Shown: positions 49,128-59,288, counted from the first letter of the stretch. The stretch is DNA of 64,000 nt from Candidatus Woesearchaeota archaeon CG10_big_fil_rev_8_21_14_0_10_44_13 (GCA_002762985.1 PCXZ01000003.1:7464-71463); one strand, 5' to 3'. Translations and numbers: made by a program. The notes: generated by a model not told the origin, from the sequence alone.

Positions 49128-49853
49128 CTATCTTGATTTATAACCTGCGACAGAACTTTCAACAATACCCATTATATCGGCAGCAGACAGGCCTTCTTTC
49201 CCATTCCTCCTTTTCAGGCTGTTATTGAGATCATTCCCGAAATCTGTGCATACCTTAAGCCTCTCCCTGAAATTATGCCCTGAAAACCTGTCTGCAACAT
49301 TATCTTCGGGCTTCTGGCAACAGAATACCTTGCCTTTAACATAGCCATACGCAGGCAGCTGTTCACGATAACTGCAATTCCCGCAGGAGATCTTATTCAG
49401 CGCAAACTGGAATGCATAGTCAAGGCATTTCCTCATCAGATTGCTGTATTCGGGCTGAGAAAGATTGCCTGCTATTATAGGGAATACATGCGGGGCGTAA
49501 TCATAGACGCTGAATGCAGCTGAAGGGTGCTTGATATCCTTCCTGCAGTCATATACTGTTTTAGGGATGTGCACATTCATTGGCGGGAATCTCTGTGCAA
49601 GTACAGAAGCCATGACATGTGCGACAAGAGAATTTCCTGCATATCTCGCTGCCTTTGCGATGTCCTCCTTCGATTCTTCGGGAGGTTCTTTTTTTGCGAC
49701 CGAGAAAGGGATCACTGCTCCGATCTTGATTATGATTCCTGCGATGTGCTCACTTTTTGCAAGGATCTTATCTAAATCCCATTTCTCTCCGAGGAATTTA
49801 GGATCTACTCCTACTTCACTGCTCACTTTCACTGTTCTCACCAACCGGCTCAC
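49128..49853 (-). CDS. Hypothetical protein
   Basis: 241-aa ORF, Cys-containing C-terminal half. Confidence 0.6.
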   Translation of the reverse strand: MSRLVRTVKVSSEVGVDPKFLGEKWDLDKILAKSEHIAGIIIKIGAVIPFSVAKKEPPEESKEDIAKAARYAGNSLVAHVMASVLAQRFPPMNVHIPKTVYDCRKDIKHPSAAFSVYDYAPHVFPIIAGNLSQPEYSNLMRKCLDYAFQFALNKISCGNCSYREQLPAYGYVKGKVFCCQKPEDNVADRFSGHNFRERLKVCTDFGNDLNNSLKRRNGKEGLSAADIMGIVESSVAGYKSR

Positions 49854-50128
49854 TTTTTGCTGAAGTTGCTTTTAAATATTTTGTTTATGCCTGTTTTTTG
49901 GGGTTGCTGTTGTTTTTAAGCACTCACTTTTTGGGCCTATTATAGCTTTATACCGGCAATTGTCTGGGTTTTGCCGTTCTTGATTATCCCGACAACGTTT
50001 TGGTATTTTTTCTGTTTTTAGTTGGGTGTATTTCGACACGTTTAAGGGACTTTAAAGAATACAAAATGGTATAATAATGGCTATAAACTGGGTATAATAA
50101 AGGAATAGACGAAAATAGCCAAAAAGCT

Positions 50129-50686
50129 TTAAGCCTCTACAGAAGGTTTTTGCTCAATTTCTAATGTCTCTGGCTCCTCTTCCTTTTCATCAATCGCATT
50201 TATCCTTTGGGTTTCTGAGATTTTCTCGTTTTTTACAGAGCGCTGCAATTCTCTTATGAGTTTTTGGGTGTTATCCAGGTTATCCTTGATGACACTCATG
50301 GATTTTTCAAATGCTTTTTCCAAGGTATTCCCATTCAGCTTGTAGCCTATGATCACCTTCCCTTCATTGATATAGCTTGTTTTGACGATCAGACTCAGCT
50401 CTGTCCATCTGCTGAGGTAGTCATACATCGTCTGCCTGGAAATGCCTGCAAATGTCCCCATATCTTCGACTGTCATTATCGCCAGCTCTGGATGCTTTTT
50501 TCTGTAGGATTCCTTTGAACGCTCGTAGAGCTCTAATAATGTCTGATGCATCTTGTCTGTCGAGCCTTTTTTCCTCGGCATGAGGCCTATCCTGTTAAGG
50601 ATGATCTTAGAAAGCTCCTCTGCTGAAGGGTTCAAGCCGGGCTCGTGGCTCGTCAGGACTATTTTTTCTGTTGCGAATTTGATCAC
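50129..50686 (-). CDS. Winged-helix-like hypothetical protein
   Basis: MTVEDMGTFAGISRQTMYDYLSRW is HTH-like. Confidence 0.75.
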   Translation of the reverse strand: MIKFATEKIVLTSHEPGLNPSAEELSKIILNRIGLMPRKKGSTDKMHQTLLELYERSKESYRKKHPELAIMTVEDMGTFAGISRQTMYDYLSRWTELSLIVKTSYINEGKVIIGYKLNGNTLEKAFEKSMSVIKDNLDNTQKLIRELQRSVKNEKISETQRINAIDEKEEEPETLEIEQKPSVEA

Positions 50687-50834
50687 CTCTTACTGGAAAA
50701 TTCTGGTGTTATGGTTTATAAGCTTTTGGGATTATGGCGACAGATGGAAGAAAAAAGATGGTAATCTTTTAGAGTTGATTGAAGGTTTTAGCAGGTAATT
50801 TTTGTTTGATATTATAATAAATCAACAATATTTG

Positions 50835-51001
50835 CGGGGGAACGCCGTTCCCCCCGTCCCCCTCCTACACTTTGCTAGGCTACGGAGCAATCTAGCGAGG
50901 CAACAACAATGGCGCTGGCGAGCCGGGGGTTGCCCCCTACGGGGTGGCGAGTCGGGCAAAGCCGAAGGCTTTGACCGTCAGCTGCCAATTTTGTTGTTGC
51001 C
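50835..51001. other. GC-rich nested palindromic non-coding element
   Basis: CGGGGGAAC-GCC-GTTCCCCCG, and GGCAACAACA...TGTTGTTGCC enclosing CAAAGCC-GAA-GGCTTTG. Confidence 0.7.
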
Positions 51002-51379
51002 GAGCTTACATTTTCATCAAAAATCTCCAATCTCTGCCAAAACCTTCCTGTCAAAATCCAATTTAACCCAATAGAGCCATCATCTCCTCTTAGGTATAGG
51101 TTTATCATGGCTAAAACAGGCCATTTCTGCCTGAAAATTTTAGTTTATTTTTTATTCGGGATAATGCCGAAAAAGGTGTTTTTGGAAAAACGGCAGATTC
51201 TGGGATAATACCCTAAGACCCCCAATATTCTGGGATCATCCCGAAATTTTCTGGAAAACGAGTTTGAGGGGTCCCGAATGAAGAACCAAGGGGGAACGAT
51301 GGAAGATCTGGAAAGATGGACAAATGGAGGGGTTTGAGTTGGTATTATGGGATAATGGCGACGGCACTGAACCAGTATA

Positions 51380-51889
51380 CTATTTATTGAGAATTTTTTT
51401 GCATTTACCATCAATACATTTAGCCACATACCCTTCAGGATTTTCATATGTGGTCTCGCACGCAGGACATGTTCTTGGCTGCTCGCAATTTTTATTAATC
51501 CAATTGATATAATTTTCAGTAGTCATTGCAATTACATCATCACTTGAAATATCCATCCAGCATGGCAGACAGCATTTAAACTCAAAAAATTCACAGTCTG
51601 AGTCCTGCTCACATGGCTTGATTTCTTGACATTCCCCATCAATACAGCTGCAATTAGGCTTTGGTCCCTTTTCTTCCTCAGAACAAAACCTCGCACAATC
51701 TTCTCTTGGTTCATCCGTTTTTTTAACACAACCCATATAACTGCAACTACAAGAGGAGAATACTGCTTCACATTCACCATCTTGGGTGCAGGAGTTGTTT
51801 ATGCTTGATTGGTCTGTTGTAAGGATTTGTTCATCGCATCCGCTGATTAGAATCAACACCAAGGCCAGGAATAAGAGCGCTTTTTTCAT
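51380..51889 (-). CDS. Cys-rich lipoprotein with two repeated modules
   Basis: Lipobox ISGC and two C..D..C...C.C...C.DG.C modules. Confidence 0.8.
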   Translation of the reverse strand: MKKALLFLALVLILISGCDEQILTTDQSSINNSCTQDGECEAVFSSCSCSYMGCVKKTDEPREDCARFCSEEEKGPKPNCSCIDGECQEIKPCEQDSDCEFFEFKCCLPCWMDISSDDVIAMTTENYINWINKNCEQPRTCPACETTYENPEGYVAKCIDGKCKKILNK

Positions 51890-52051
51890 ATATCCAAAAC
51901 AGGGCAAAGGAAGTTTTTAAAGGTTGTTGTGTGGATGATTCCGACGGGTGGGAACTGGTGTAGGGATTTGTGAGAATTAAATGATATCCATAATTTCCCG
52001 TGTATTAAACACTTTTATGCCTTTTGCCTTTTTTAGTCTTTTATTAGTTAT

Positions 52052-52353
52052 TGAAAATGGCGTAAGCCATTTTCTGGCGGTTTAAAGAAAATTCCGACTA
52101 AAGTCGAGATTTTCAGACTTGCGAACAAGTTCGCAAGTAATACCTCGCACTTTAGTGCGATTGCACCATTTTCAAGACTAAAAACTCGCTATCAATGCGA
52201 GGCGCGTAATACTCCGGCCAACAGAAAATCTGCGGATTTTCTTAGTTGAGTCACTTCGTTCCTCAACTTTAGGCCGGAGATAGTCACCGAGCTAAGCGAG
52301 CGTGACTATGAACATCGCAATGTTCAGTAGCTCCGAGTGCGAGTTTTTATTAT
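52052..52353 (+). mobile_element. Non-autonomous IS200/IS605-type palindromic element, expanded copy
   Basis: Same skeleton as 39408-39542 (TTAT|TGAAAAT...TAATACCTCG...ATTTTCAAGACTAAAAACTCGC...GCGTAATAC...GCGAGTTTTTATTAT) plus three hairpin insertions. Confidence 0.8.
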
Positions 52354-52608
52354 AATGGCTGTTCTTGGAGAACTGATACTTTTGTTACTAAACTAACAAG
52401 AATAAGGGGCAAGGAGATAAAAGTCCCCTTAAATAAAAGAAAAAATGATAATAAAACAGCTCAGCATTGCTCAGCAGAGAACCTCAACTGTTAACAATTT
52501 GTTTACAGTTGAAATACACCCCCTGTATCCAGGTGACCACAAAAACACTCAAATGTGGTCAACCAAACCCTCGCAACCTTTTTATAACCCCTCATCCCCA
52601 ACAACCGC

Positions 52609-53655
52609 ATGAACCGCATCCTCCAAACAGCCATCTTCATCTCACTCTTTTTAGCCATCTACATATCCCTCAATTCTTACGTCACACTGAGATTAGGCTC
52701 ATTGTTAGGCATAAAACGATATTACCTCTACTTCGTCATCGCATTCGTGACTCTCGGGCTTCCCGCTACCATGTTCATCGAGAACAGGTTTCCCAATATC
52801 ATAACAAAGGTCATCTACACAGTCTCTGCATTGTGGATGGGAGCCCTGCTTTTCCTATTCGTCACATTAATCCTTTACGAACTGATCCGTCCTTTCTACA
52901 GCGTACCTTTCGCAGGATTCATCATTCTAGGAATAACATTGATCTTAAGCTTCATCTCAATCATAAACGCCTCAACTATCGCTGTAAAACACATAAATGT
53001 CCCATTAGGAGCAAACGTAACAATAGCCCAGATATCAGACCTCCATGTCGGCACGATAAGAAACTCAGCCTACCTGAAGGAAATAGCATATCTCATCAAC
53101 AAGGAAGACCCTGACATAGTCATGATAACAGGGGATTTAGTCGATGCATCAGCTCCTCTCCATAAAAGCATGTTCAGCCCGTTCAACCAATTGAGGGCCC
53201 CGGTCTACTTCGTCACAGGCAACCATGAGACCTATGAAGGAGTGGACAAGGTATACGCCCTCTTCGAAGGCACTAAGATAACCCCCCTGAAGAACCAGGC
53301 CGTGAAATGGGACGGCATACAGGTCGTAGGCATAGAGTTTTCCACAGATAAAACCTACTTGAAGCAGCAGCTCTCAAAGATGAACATCACGCAGCCTTCT
53401 GTATTGATGTACCATCCTCCGATGAGCATGGAAGACGCAAAAGCAGCAGGCATCAACCTCCAATTATCAGGCCACACCCACAACGGCCAGATATTCCCGT
53501 TCAACTTCATAGTGCAGCTGGTCTTCAATAAGATCCGAGGATTATATGACCTCGACGATTTCTACCTCTATATCTCCCCTGGCACAGGCACATGGGGGCC
53601 TTATATGAGGTTGGGATCGAGGAATGAGATTACTATAATAAAGCTGAATGTCTAA
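52609..53655 (+). CDS. Membrane-bound metallophosphoesterase (YkuE-like)
   Basis: SDLHVG, TGDLVD, GNHE, GHTHNGQ and GTGTWGP..RLG. N-terminal TMs. Confidence 0.93.
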   Translation: MNRILQTAIFISLFLAIYISLNSYVTLRLGSLLGIKRYYLYFVIAFVTLGLPATMFIENRFPNIITKVIYTVSALWMGALLFLFVTLILYELIRPFYSVPFAGFIILGITLILSFISIINASTIAVKHINVPLGANVTIAQISDLHVGTIRNSAYLKEIAYLINKEDPDIVMITGDLVDASAPLHKSMFSPFNQLRAPVYFVTGNHETYEGVDKVYALFEGTKITPLKNQAVKWDGIQVVGIEFSTDKTYLKQQLSKMNITQPSVLMYHPPMSMEDAKAAGINLQLSGHTHNGQIFPFNFIVQLVFNKIRGLYDLDDFYLYISPGTGTWGPYMRLGSRNEITIIKLNV

Positions 53656-53679
53656 ATCCCCCCCACTAGGGGGCAAGCA

Positions 53680-54978
53680 TCACCAGAAGAAATCCTCGAT
53701 CTTGATATCCCTCCTCTCGACACCCATATTTGAGAGGGCTTCCTTAACGCACCTTTTCATCGGCTCAGGTCCGCAGATATAGAACACACATCCGGATATA
53801 TCATCAACATGCCCCTTAATTATCTTTTCATCAACATAGCCTTTCCTGCAAACGCCATAATCCTTATCTTCATCGCTCAGAACATATAATTTCTTTAGCT
53901 TCTTCATAGAATCAAGCTCTTTCCTGAATATGATGTCCTTGTAATTCTTGGATCCATAAACCAGCACAATATCTTTTTTCTTTTTCCCGCCCCTCATCGC
54001 CCTTATCATGCTCATGAAAGGGGTTATCCCGACGCCGCCAGATATGAATACATGCTTCTTTGCAGAATCGTCCATTATGAATGCCCCGAAAGGCCCCTCG
54101 ACAAAAACCCCGTCTCCTTTCTTCAGCGCAGAAACAGCCTTTGTGAATCTTCCCTGCAGTTTTATCGTGAACTCAAGATACCTGCTGCTGGGGGCGCTGG
54201 ATATTGTGAACGGATGCCTTGTGTAGAGGCTCTTCAGCCTGAGGAAGCAGAACTGGCCAGGCTTGAATCCCATCTTATTGCTGCTTTCGAGCGCAACAGT
54301 GAATGTGTCTTTTGTCTCCCACTTCAGCCATGCAACTTTAAACTTGTTCTTTCTCTGCCTGATCTTGTACGAGAACCTGTAAACTGCACCCAGCGGTATG
54401 ATAAGGATAAAGAACCAAATCATGATCCTTATCGGCAGTCTGCCTGTGTCAGAGCCCGTATTCAGCGCATGATACACGACCATTGCGAAAAGAGCGTAAT
54501 TAAGCATGTGGATGTATTGCCATAAACCATAATGGATTCTCTTATGGACGGCAGATGCGGCCATCATGATGCAGAAAACATACAATGACAATATGCCCAT
54601 TGCAAGCGGAAGAATAGCGAAATCAGGCACTATGAAATCCCTTATCTTCCCCGTCGAAAATATGAGCAGAAGAGGATGCGAGATTATGAGGATTGCGGCT
54701 GCTGTTGCATACTTCTTATTGAAACTGATTATCCTGTCAAGTCCGTAATATCTGTCAAGGAATCTTGAGGTGTCGCCGATGAATATGAGCGATGAGAGCA
54801 TGAAGAAGCACAAAAGCCCCGCGAATCTCACTGATTCTCTCATGAAATCGCTTAATGATGCACTATCGCCCAGAGGCCAGAATATTGCGTATGAAATCAC
54901 AAAAAAAGAGAAAATAAATGATATTGCCGCAAAAAAAGTTATTGTCTTTCTTGCCAATTTAAGGTGATCATTCAACAA
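53680..54978 (-). CDS. Ferric reductase-like membrane protein with FAD/NAD-binding (FNR) domain
   Basis: TM domain followed by PGQF, HPFTISS, EGPFG, GGVGITPF and YICGP. Confidence 0.92.
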   Translation of the reverse strand: MLNDHLKLARKTITFFAAISFIFSFFVISYAIFWPLGDSASLSDFMRESVRFAGLLCFFMLSSLIFIGDTSRFLDRYYGLDRIISFNKKYATAAAILIISHPLLLIFSTGKIRDFIVPDFAILPLAMGILSLYVFCIMMAASAVHKRIHYGLWQYIHMLNYALFAMVVYHALNTGSDTGRLPIRIMIWFFILIIPLGAVYRFSYKIRQRKNKFKVAWLKWETKDTFTVALESSNKMGFKPGQFCFLRLKSLYTRHPFTISSAPSSRYLEFTIKLQGRFTKAVSALKKGDGVFVEGPFGAFIMDDSAKKHVFISGGVGITPFMSMIRAMRGGKKKKDIVLVYGSKNYKDIIFRKELDSMKKLKKLYVLSDEDKDYGVCRKGYVDEKIIKGHVDDISGCVFYICGPEPMKRCVKEALSNMGVERRDIKIEDFFW

Positions 54979-55315
54979 TGATCTTTCCTCTCATCTGCAT
55001 GTGGCCGCTGCCGCACGGTATGAGGCAGTACCATGCGAACTCTCCTTTCTTGTCTGCTGTGAACTCAACAGTGTTCTCGCCTTCTGCATTGAAATCAGGG
55101 ATCATTATGCCGTGAGGCGTGTCAACATTGTTTATATTGATCCTGACATCATCCCCCTGCTTGACCCTTATCTCATCAGGGGTATAACTGAATCTGAAAG
55201 CATCCACATCGTATTCCTTCACGCCATCTACATCTGTCACTGCCTGGCCTGTTGAGGCATTCTTCGCGCATCCTGCAAGCAGCAGAACAACCAAAATCAA
55301 GATCATCTTTTTCAT
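54968..55315 (-). CDS. Cupredoxin-domain lipoprotein (paralog of 31489)
   Basis: LAGC lipobox, DTPHG and WYCLIPCGSGHMQM. Confidence 0.88.
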   Translation of the reverse strand: MKKMILILVVLLLAGCAKNASTGQAVTDVDGVKEYDVDAFRFSYTPDEIRVKQGDDVRININNVDTPHGIMIPDFNAEGENTVEFTADKKGEFAWYCLIPCGSGHMQMRGKIIVE

Positions 55316-55426
55316 GTTAAACCTCAACCACTTATCGCCCTGCGGCGGTTTTATAAATCTTATGAAAGACAAATCCATGCCTATCCCCTCATTAAATTTA
55401 TATATGACTTCTTACCCACCCTCCCC

Positions 55427-55570
55427 ATGGCAATGTCAAAGAAAGACCTTGAGAAGAGATTCAAGGACACAAGGGAAGAGCTTCAGGCATTAGAAGCGAA
55501 ATGCAAGGACGGCGGCGGGACAAAAGAGGACTACATAGCGCTTGCGAAGCTGAGAAGGAAGATGAAGTGA
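55427..55570 (+). CDS. Small hypothetical protein (47 aa, not in ORF track)
   Basis: MAMSKKDLEKRFKD..., located ~25 nt after a TTTATATA box (leaderless-type). Confidence 0.55.
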   Translation: MAMSKKDLEKRFKDTREELQALEAKCKDGGGTKEDYIALAKLRRKMK

Positions 55571-55572
55571 TG

Positions 55573-55809
55573 TCATCTTTTCTTCAGGAAATCCTTTATC
55601 AATCCTTCGACAACAGCAGACATCTTCATGTCATTCTTCAGGCAATATGACCTTAACTTGTTCATCAGCTCTTCATCTATAGTGAAATTATATCTTCCTT
55701 TATAATTGGCCTTCCTGAGCTTGCCTGTCCTGTCGAATTCTTCAAGCGTCTCAAACAGGCCTTTGTTCTCCTTTATTATCTTCCTTGCCTTTTCAATGAA
55801 TTGCGCCAT
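55573..55809 (-). CDS. Ribbon-helix-helix putative antitoxin
   Basis: RYNFTIDEELMNKLR.YC....KMSAVVE.LI. Confidence 0.75.
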   Translation of the reverse strand: MAQFIEKARKIIKENKGLFETLEEFDRTGKLRKANYKGRYNFTIDEELMNKLRSYCLKNDMKMSAVVEGLIKDFLKKR

Positions 55810-56134
55810 TTCTGATCAGCCTCGCTATCTTATTTATGTCATCTATGCTTTTTTTCGATATCTTATGCACCATCTCGACCATCTTCTGCTTGTCGCATTC
55901 TATACCTTCATAATCAAGATAGACCAATATCAATGCAAGCGCCGTCCTCTTGTTGCCTTCACTGAAAGCACGGTCTGCAAGCATGCTTCTTGCAAGGTAG
56001 CTCAGCTCATAAAGCCAGCTTTTCTTCTGCTTGATGATGCCCAGCGCGAAGTCAAGGGAACTTTCGTTATGGAACTCTCCTTTCTCGCCTATCTCTATGT
56101 TCAGCGAGATCATGTCTTTCTTGTTTATCTCCAT
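55793..56134 (-). CDS. Fic/Doc family protein with degenerate active site
   Basis: DRAFSEGNKRTA compared with the consensus HxFx(D/E)GNKRxA. Confidence 0.85.
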   Translation of the reverse strand: MEINKKDMISLNIEIGEKGEFHNESSLDFALGIIKQKKSWLYELSYLARSMLADRAFSEGNKRTALALILVYLDYEGIECDKQKMVEMVHKISKKSIDDINKIARLIRNGAIH

Positions 56135-56295
56135 TTTATACACACTTATACACATTAATGTGTATAATTAATATATAAATCTTTCGTTTTTCAGGCGGTT
56201 TTATGAGAATGTGTTTTCGGACTCCCCCCCTCCCCCCTCCAAAAACCAAGCATTTATAAAGGGACGCTTTTTCTGTATATGATTGAGGTATTAAT

Positions 56296-56493
56296 ATGAA
56301 AGGAAAAGTAAAGTTTTTCAACGCTATGAAAGGCTTCGGCTTCATAGCAGGAGAAGATGGCAAAGAGTATTTTGTGCACAAGACCGGCTTGAATGAAGGT
56401 GTTGTCATAAACGAAGGTGACTCAGTCACATTCGAAGTTACCCAGGGAGATAAAGGCCCTAAGGCAGACAAGGTTTCAAGAGACACAGAGTAG
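56296..56493 (+). CDS. Cold-shock domain protein
   Basis: GKVKFFN..KGFGFI, YFVH and KGPKA. Confidence 0.96.
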   Translation: MKGKVKFFNAMKGFGFIAGEDGKEYFVHKTGLNEGVVINEGDSVTFEVTQGDKGPKADKVSRDTE

Positions 56494-56599
56494 AATTTCT
56501 AATTTAGTTTTTCTATTTTTTTGTGCAACATAGTCGGAGCTATATCCCTGACCCTGGATACCAAAACACTTAAAAACCGGGGTTTTTACGTCAATTATC

Positions 56600-57964
56600 A
56601 TGAAGATATTACTGGTATACCCTCCGTTCTGCACGCCTGCAAGCCCGTCTTATTCCATAACCCATCTCCGCTCATTCCTGAAGAGCAACTGCGATGAGGA
56701 CATAGAGGCCATCGACCTGAACATAGAATTCCATAAAATAAGGTTCCCGGGATACAAAGGGTATTATGGCGACATCTCGAATTGGGATGATTATAAGGAT
56801 ACTACAGACGATTTCAACAGGCTGTCGCTGAAGACATATTCCGACAGCAACAGGGATGTGGTGAATGGAAAAAAGCCCGCATTGTTCGATGATATGCTTT
56901 CGATGATAAGAAAGAGAAAGCCTGATGTAGTCGCATTGAGCATAGTCTATTCAAGCCAGGCTTTCTATGCATACTCCCTGATAAAAGAGCTCAAGGCCTC
57001 AGGGATAAGGGCAGTGATAGGAGGCCCTGCTGCGAATGAGATACTTGCAGGCATAGCAGATGCTGCATTGGAGAATGAGACCGATCTTCTGGAGTATGTG
57101 ACGAAGAATAAGCCAGCTCATGATGGGCTGAAGCTCGATTATGTGATAGATTTCTCGATATATAATCTTGAAGATTATTTCACGCCTGTCCCTGTCATCC
57201 CATTGAAGACATCTTCAAGCTGTTTCCATAAGGGCTGCGCTTTCTGCTCCCATTTCGACAAGGCGAGATATTGCGAATTCCCGATAGAATCCATAACAAG
57301 CACCATCATCAAATCAAAACAGCGATATTTCTTCCTGATAGATGACATGATCCCGAAAAAAAGGCTGCTTGAGATCGCCGAGGCATTCACGCCATTGAAG
57401 ATAAGATGGGCATGCCAGCTTAGGCCAACAGGGGACCTCGACCTTGAGACGCTGAAAATACTGAGCCGGTCAGGCCTGGTGATGGTGATGTGGGGCGTCG
57501 AATCAGGCAATGACAGGATACTGAAGCTCATGAACAAAGGCACAGAATCCTCTGCGATAGAGAAAGTGCTTTCTGATTCCCATGAAGCGGGCATAAAGAA
57601 CGCATTGTTCATCATCTTCGGTTTCCCGACCGAGAGAAGAGAGGAGTTCCTCGACACCATGGATTTCCTTTCGAGGAACAAAGGCAATATCGACATGCTC
57701 TCTGTGTCCGTCTTCGGCCTGAAGAAAGGGACGCCTGTCTACAATAATCCCGGAAAGTTCGGCATAATGGGGATCACAGAGGAAAAAAGGACAATACTTG
57801 AGCCCAAGCTGAGCTACAAGGTGAGCTCAGGCCTTTCGCAGGAGGACGCTGAGAAGCTGAAGAAGGGCTACAAAAGGACGATAGACAAGATGAACAGGTA
57901 TCCTGACACGATGAATTATTTCAGGGAGCACATGCTGTGCTTGATATCCGGCCGAAATGCTTAA
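56600..57964 (+). CDS. B12-binding-domain radical SAM protein
   Basis: ILLVYPP, VIGG, CFHKGCAFC, WGVESG and IFGFP.E. Confidence 0.9.
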   Translation: MKILLVYPPFCTPASPSYSITHLRSFLKSNCDEDIEAIDLNIEFHKIRFPGYKGYYGDISNWDDYKDTTDDFNRLSLKTYSDSNRDVVNGKKPALFDDMLSMIRKRKPDVVALSIVYSSQAFYAYSLIKELKASGIRAVIGGPAANEILAGIADAALENETDLLEYVTKNKPAHDGLKLDYVIDFSIYNLEDYFTPVPVIPLKTSSSCFHKGCAFCSHFDKARYCEFPIESITSTIIKSKQRYFFLIDDMIPKKRLLEIAEAFTPLKIRWACQLRPTGDLDLETLKILSRSGLVMVMWGVESGNDRILKLMNKGTESSAIEKVLSDSHEAGIKNALFIIFGFPTERREEFLDTMDFLSRNKGNIDMLSVSVFGLKKGTPVYNNPGKFGIMGITEEKRTILEPKLSYKVSSGLSQEDAEKLKKGYKRTIDKMNRYPDTMNYFREHMLCLISGRNA

Positions 57965-58027
57965 ATACCTATCCTCCTCACCCCACTAAAAGAGGTTCTT
58001 TTTTATCAGACATAAAAGTGAGCAGGC

Positions 58028-58996
58028 ATGGAACAACAGACTCCGGAATCTATCCTTGGAAGCCTTGAGAAGAATCTCAGGCCTTATGACGAAGCTATGG
58101 CTATAAGGGAAAATAGCAGAAGGATAAAAGACCATATAAAAAATAGGGGGTTCGGGGGGCTTGCAGAAGACCTTAATGAAATGGCGCCTTTTTTCGGATT
58201 TGAGCCTTCTTTCAATAAGCGCGATTTTGAAGGTTCGGTTTGCTATCCTGACCGCGCATTCGAAGAAGAGTATAAGAAGAAGCATTTTCTGCCTTTGATA
58301 GGATGGGGGGTATTGGTGCCTATGAAAAAATGGGCGAATCTCGCTAATAAGCTCGCGCAGCCCCCGACCCAGCTCGGGAAGACAATAGACTATGTCTTAT
58401 TCCAAAAAACTTCTCTTGGTCTTGAGAGCACAGGCATCTCTTTCCATGCCAAGAGAGACATTAATGATAACCTTGAATATGACTCCCTTTATCATGAATC
58501 CGGATTGTATTCCGAGATTGCGGCCCTATGTTCGCAGATTTTCACAAACAAGATAAGATATTGCTTCTTGGCACAGATCACATTCGACCACAGGATAGTC
58601 AGGGAGCTCGGCGCAATGAGGGCTGAAAACATGAAGCCGGAAGAGATGAAAAGAGGCCTGATGGGGTGCATAGAACAGAATGTCGAAAACATACCCTGCT
58701 GGCTCAATGTGCCGGAAGCGGTGATTGAACAGACAAGGGACCTTTACGCAGGCGTTTTCAGCGAAATTTTTTTAAGGATCCCCAGGGCAGTCGACGCAGT
58801 ATCGGAATTGAAAGAGAAAATCGGGCCTATGCTCACTCCGATGATATTTTCAGCGGGCTCTACAGAGCAGGATTTAGAGAAGGAGATCATCCTTTCACCT
58901 CTCAGGGGGATATGCAGGCTGAGGGATTATGTGCGCTCTGGAGATATAAATCAAGGGCAGATCAAAGGGGCCCTGGAAAAGATAGGATATCATTGA
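58028..58996 (+). CDS. Hypothetical protein
   Basis: 322-aa ORF with no recognised motif. Confidence 0.65.
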   Translation: MEQQTPESILGSLEKNLRPYDEAMAIRENSRRIKDHIKNRGFGGLAEDLNEMAPFFGFEPSFNKRDFEGSVCYPDRAFEEEYKKKHFLPLIGWGVLVPMKKWANLANKLAQPPTQLGKTIDYVLFQKTSLGLESTGISFHAKRDINDNLEYDSLYHESGLYSEIAALCSQIFTNKIRYCFLAQITFDHRIVRELGAMRAENMKPEEMKRGLMGCIEQNVENIPCWLNVPEAVIEQTRDLYAGVFSEIFLRIPRAVDAVSELKEKIGPMLTPMIFSAGSTEQDLEKEIILSPLRGICRLRDYVRSGDINQGQIKGALEKIGYH

Positions 58997-59034
58997 GATA
59001 GTCCAATCCTGAAGAGGCGGGCTAAAAGACCGAT

Positions 59035-59232
59035 TCATCTCTTCATGTCCTTGAATTTCACAGAATGCTGCTCTCCTGCGCTGCCCCAGTTCTCCATCGC
59101 TGTCTCATGGATGACTATCGTGACAGCCTGGGCAGGGATCCCCATCCCGACAAACACATCTGTGACCTTCTTCATCACATCTGCCTTGCTTTTCTTGTCC
59201 ATGGGCCATGTCTCTATTGTGATTATCGGCAT
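59035..59232 (-). CDS. 4-oxalocrotonate tautomerase family protein
   Basis: N-terminal Pro (MPIITI) and V.IVIHE...ENWG..G. Confidence 0.9.
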   Translation of the reverse strand: MPIITIETWPMDKKSKADVMKKVTDVFVGMGIPAQAVTIVIHETAMENWGSAGEQHSVKFKDMKR

Positions 59233-59288
59233 AAAACCACCTCAGACAAAGGGGGAAAGAGGATGTTTATAAAAGTTTTCATAACAAA

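Noticed and set aside
50835-51001. SRP RNA or RNase P RNA
   Set aside because: No SRP helix-8 GGAA/AGCAG motif and no RNase P GAGGAAAGUCC motif found by eye.
52467-53114. 215-aa ORF
   Set aside because: Out-of-frame overlap with the clear metallophosphoesterase, with unnatural His/Arg-rich composition.
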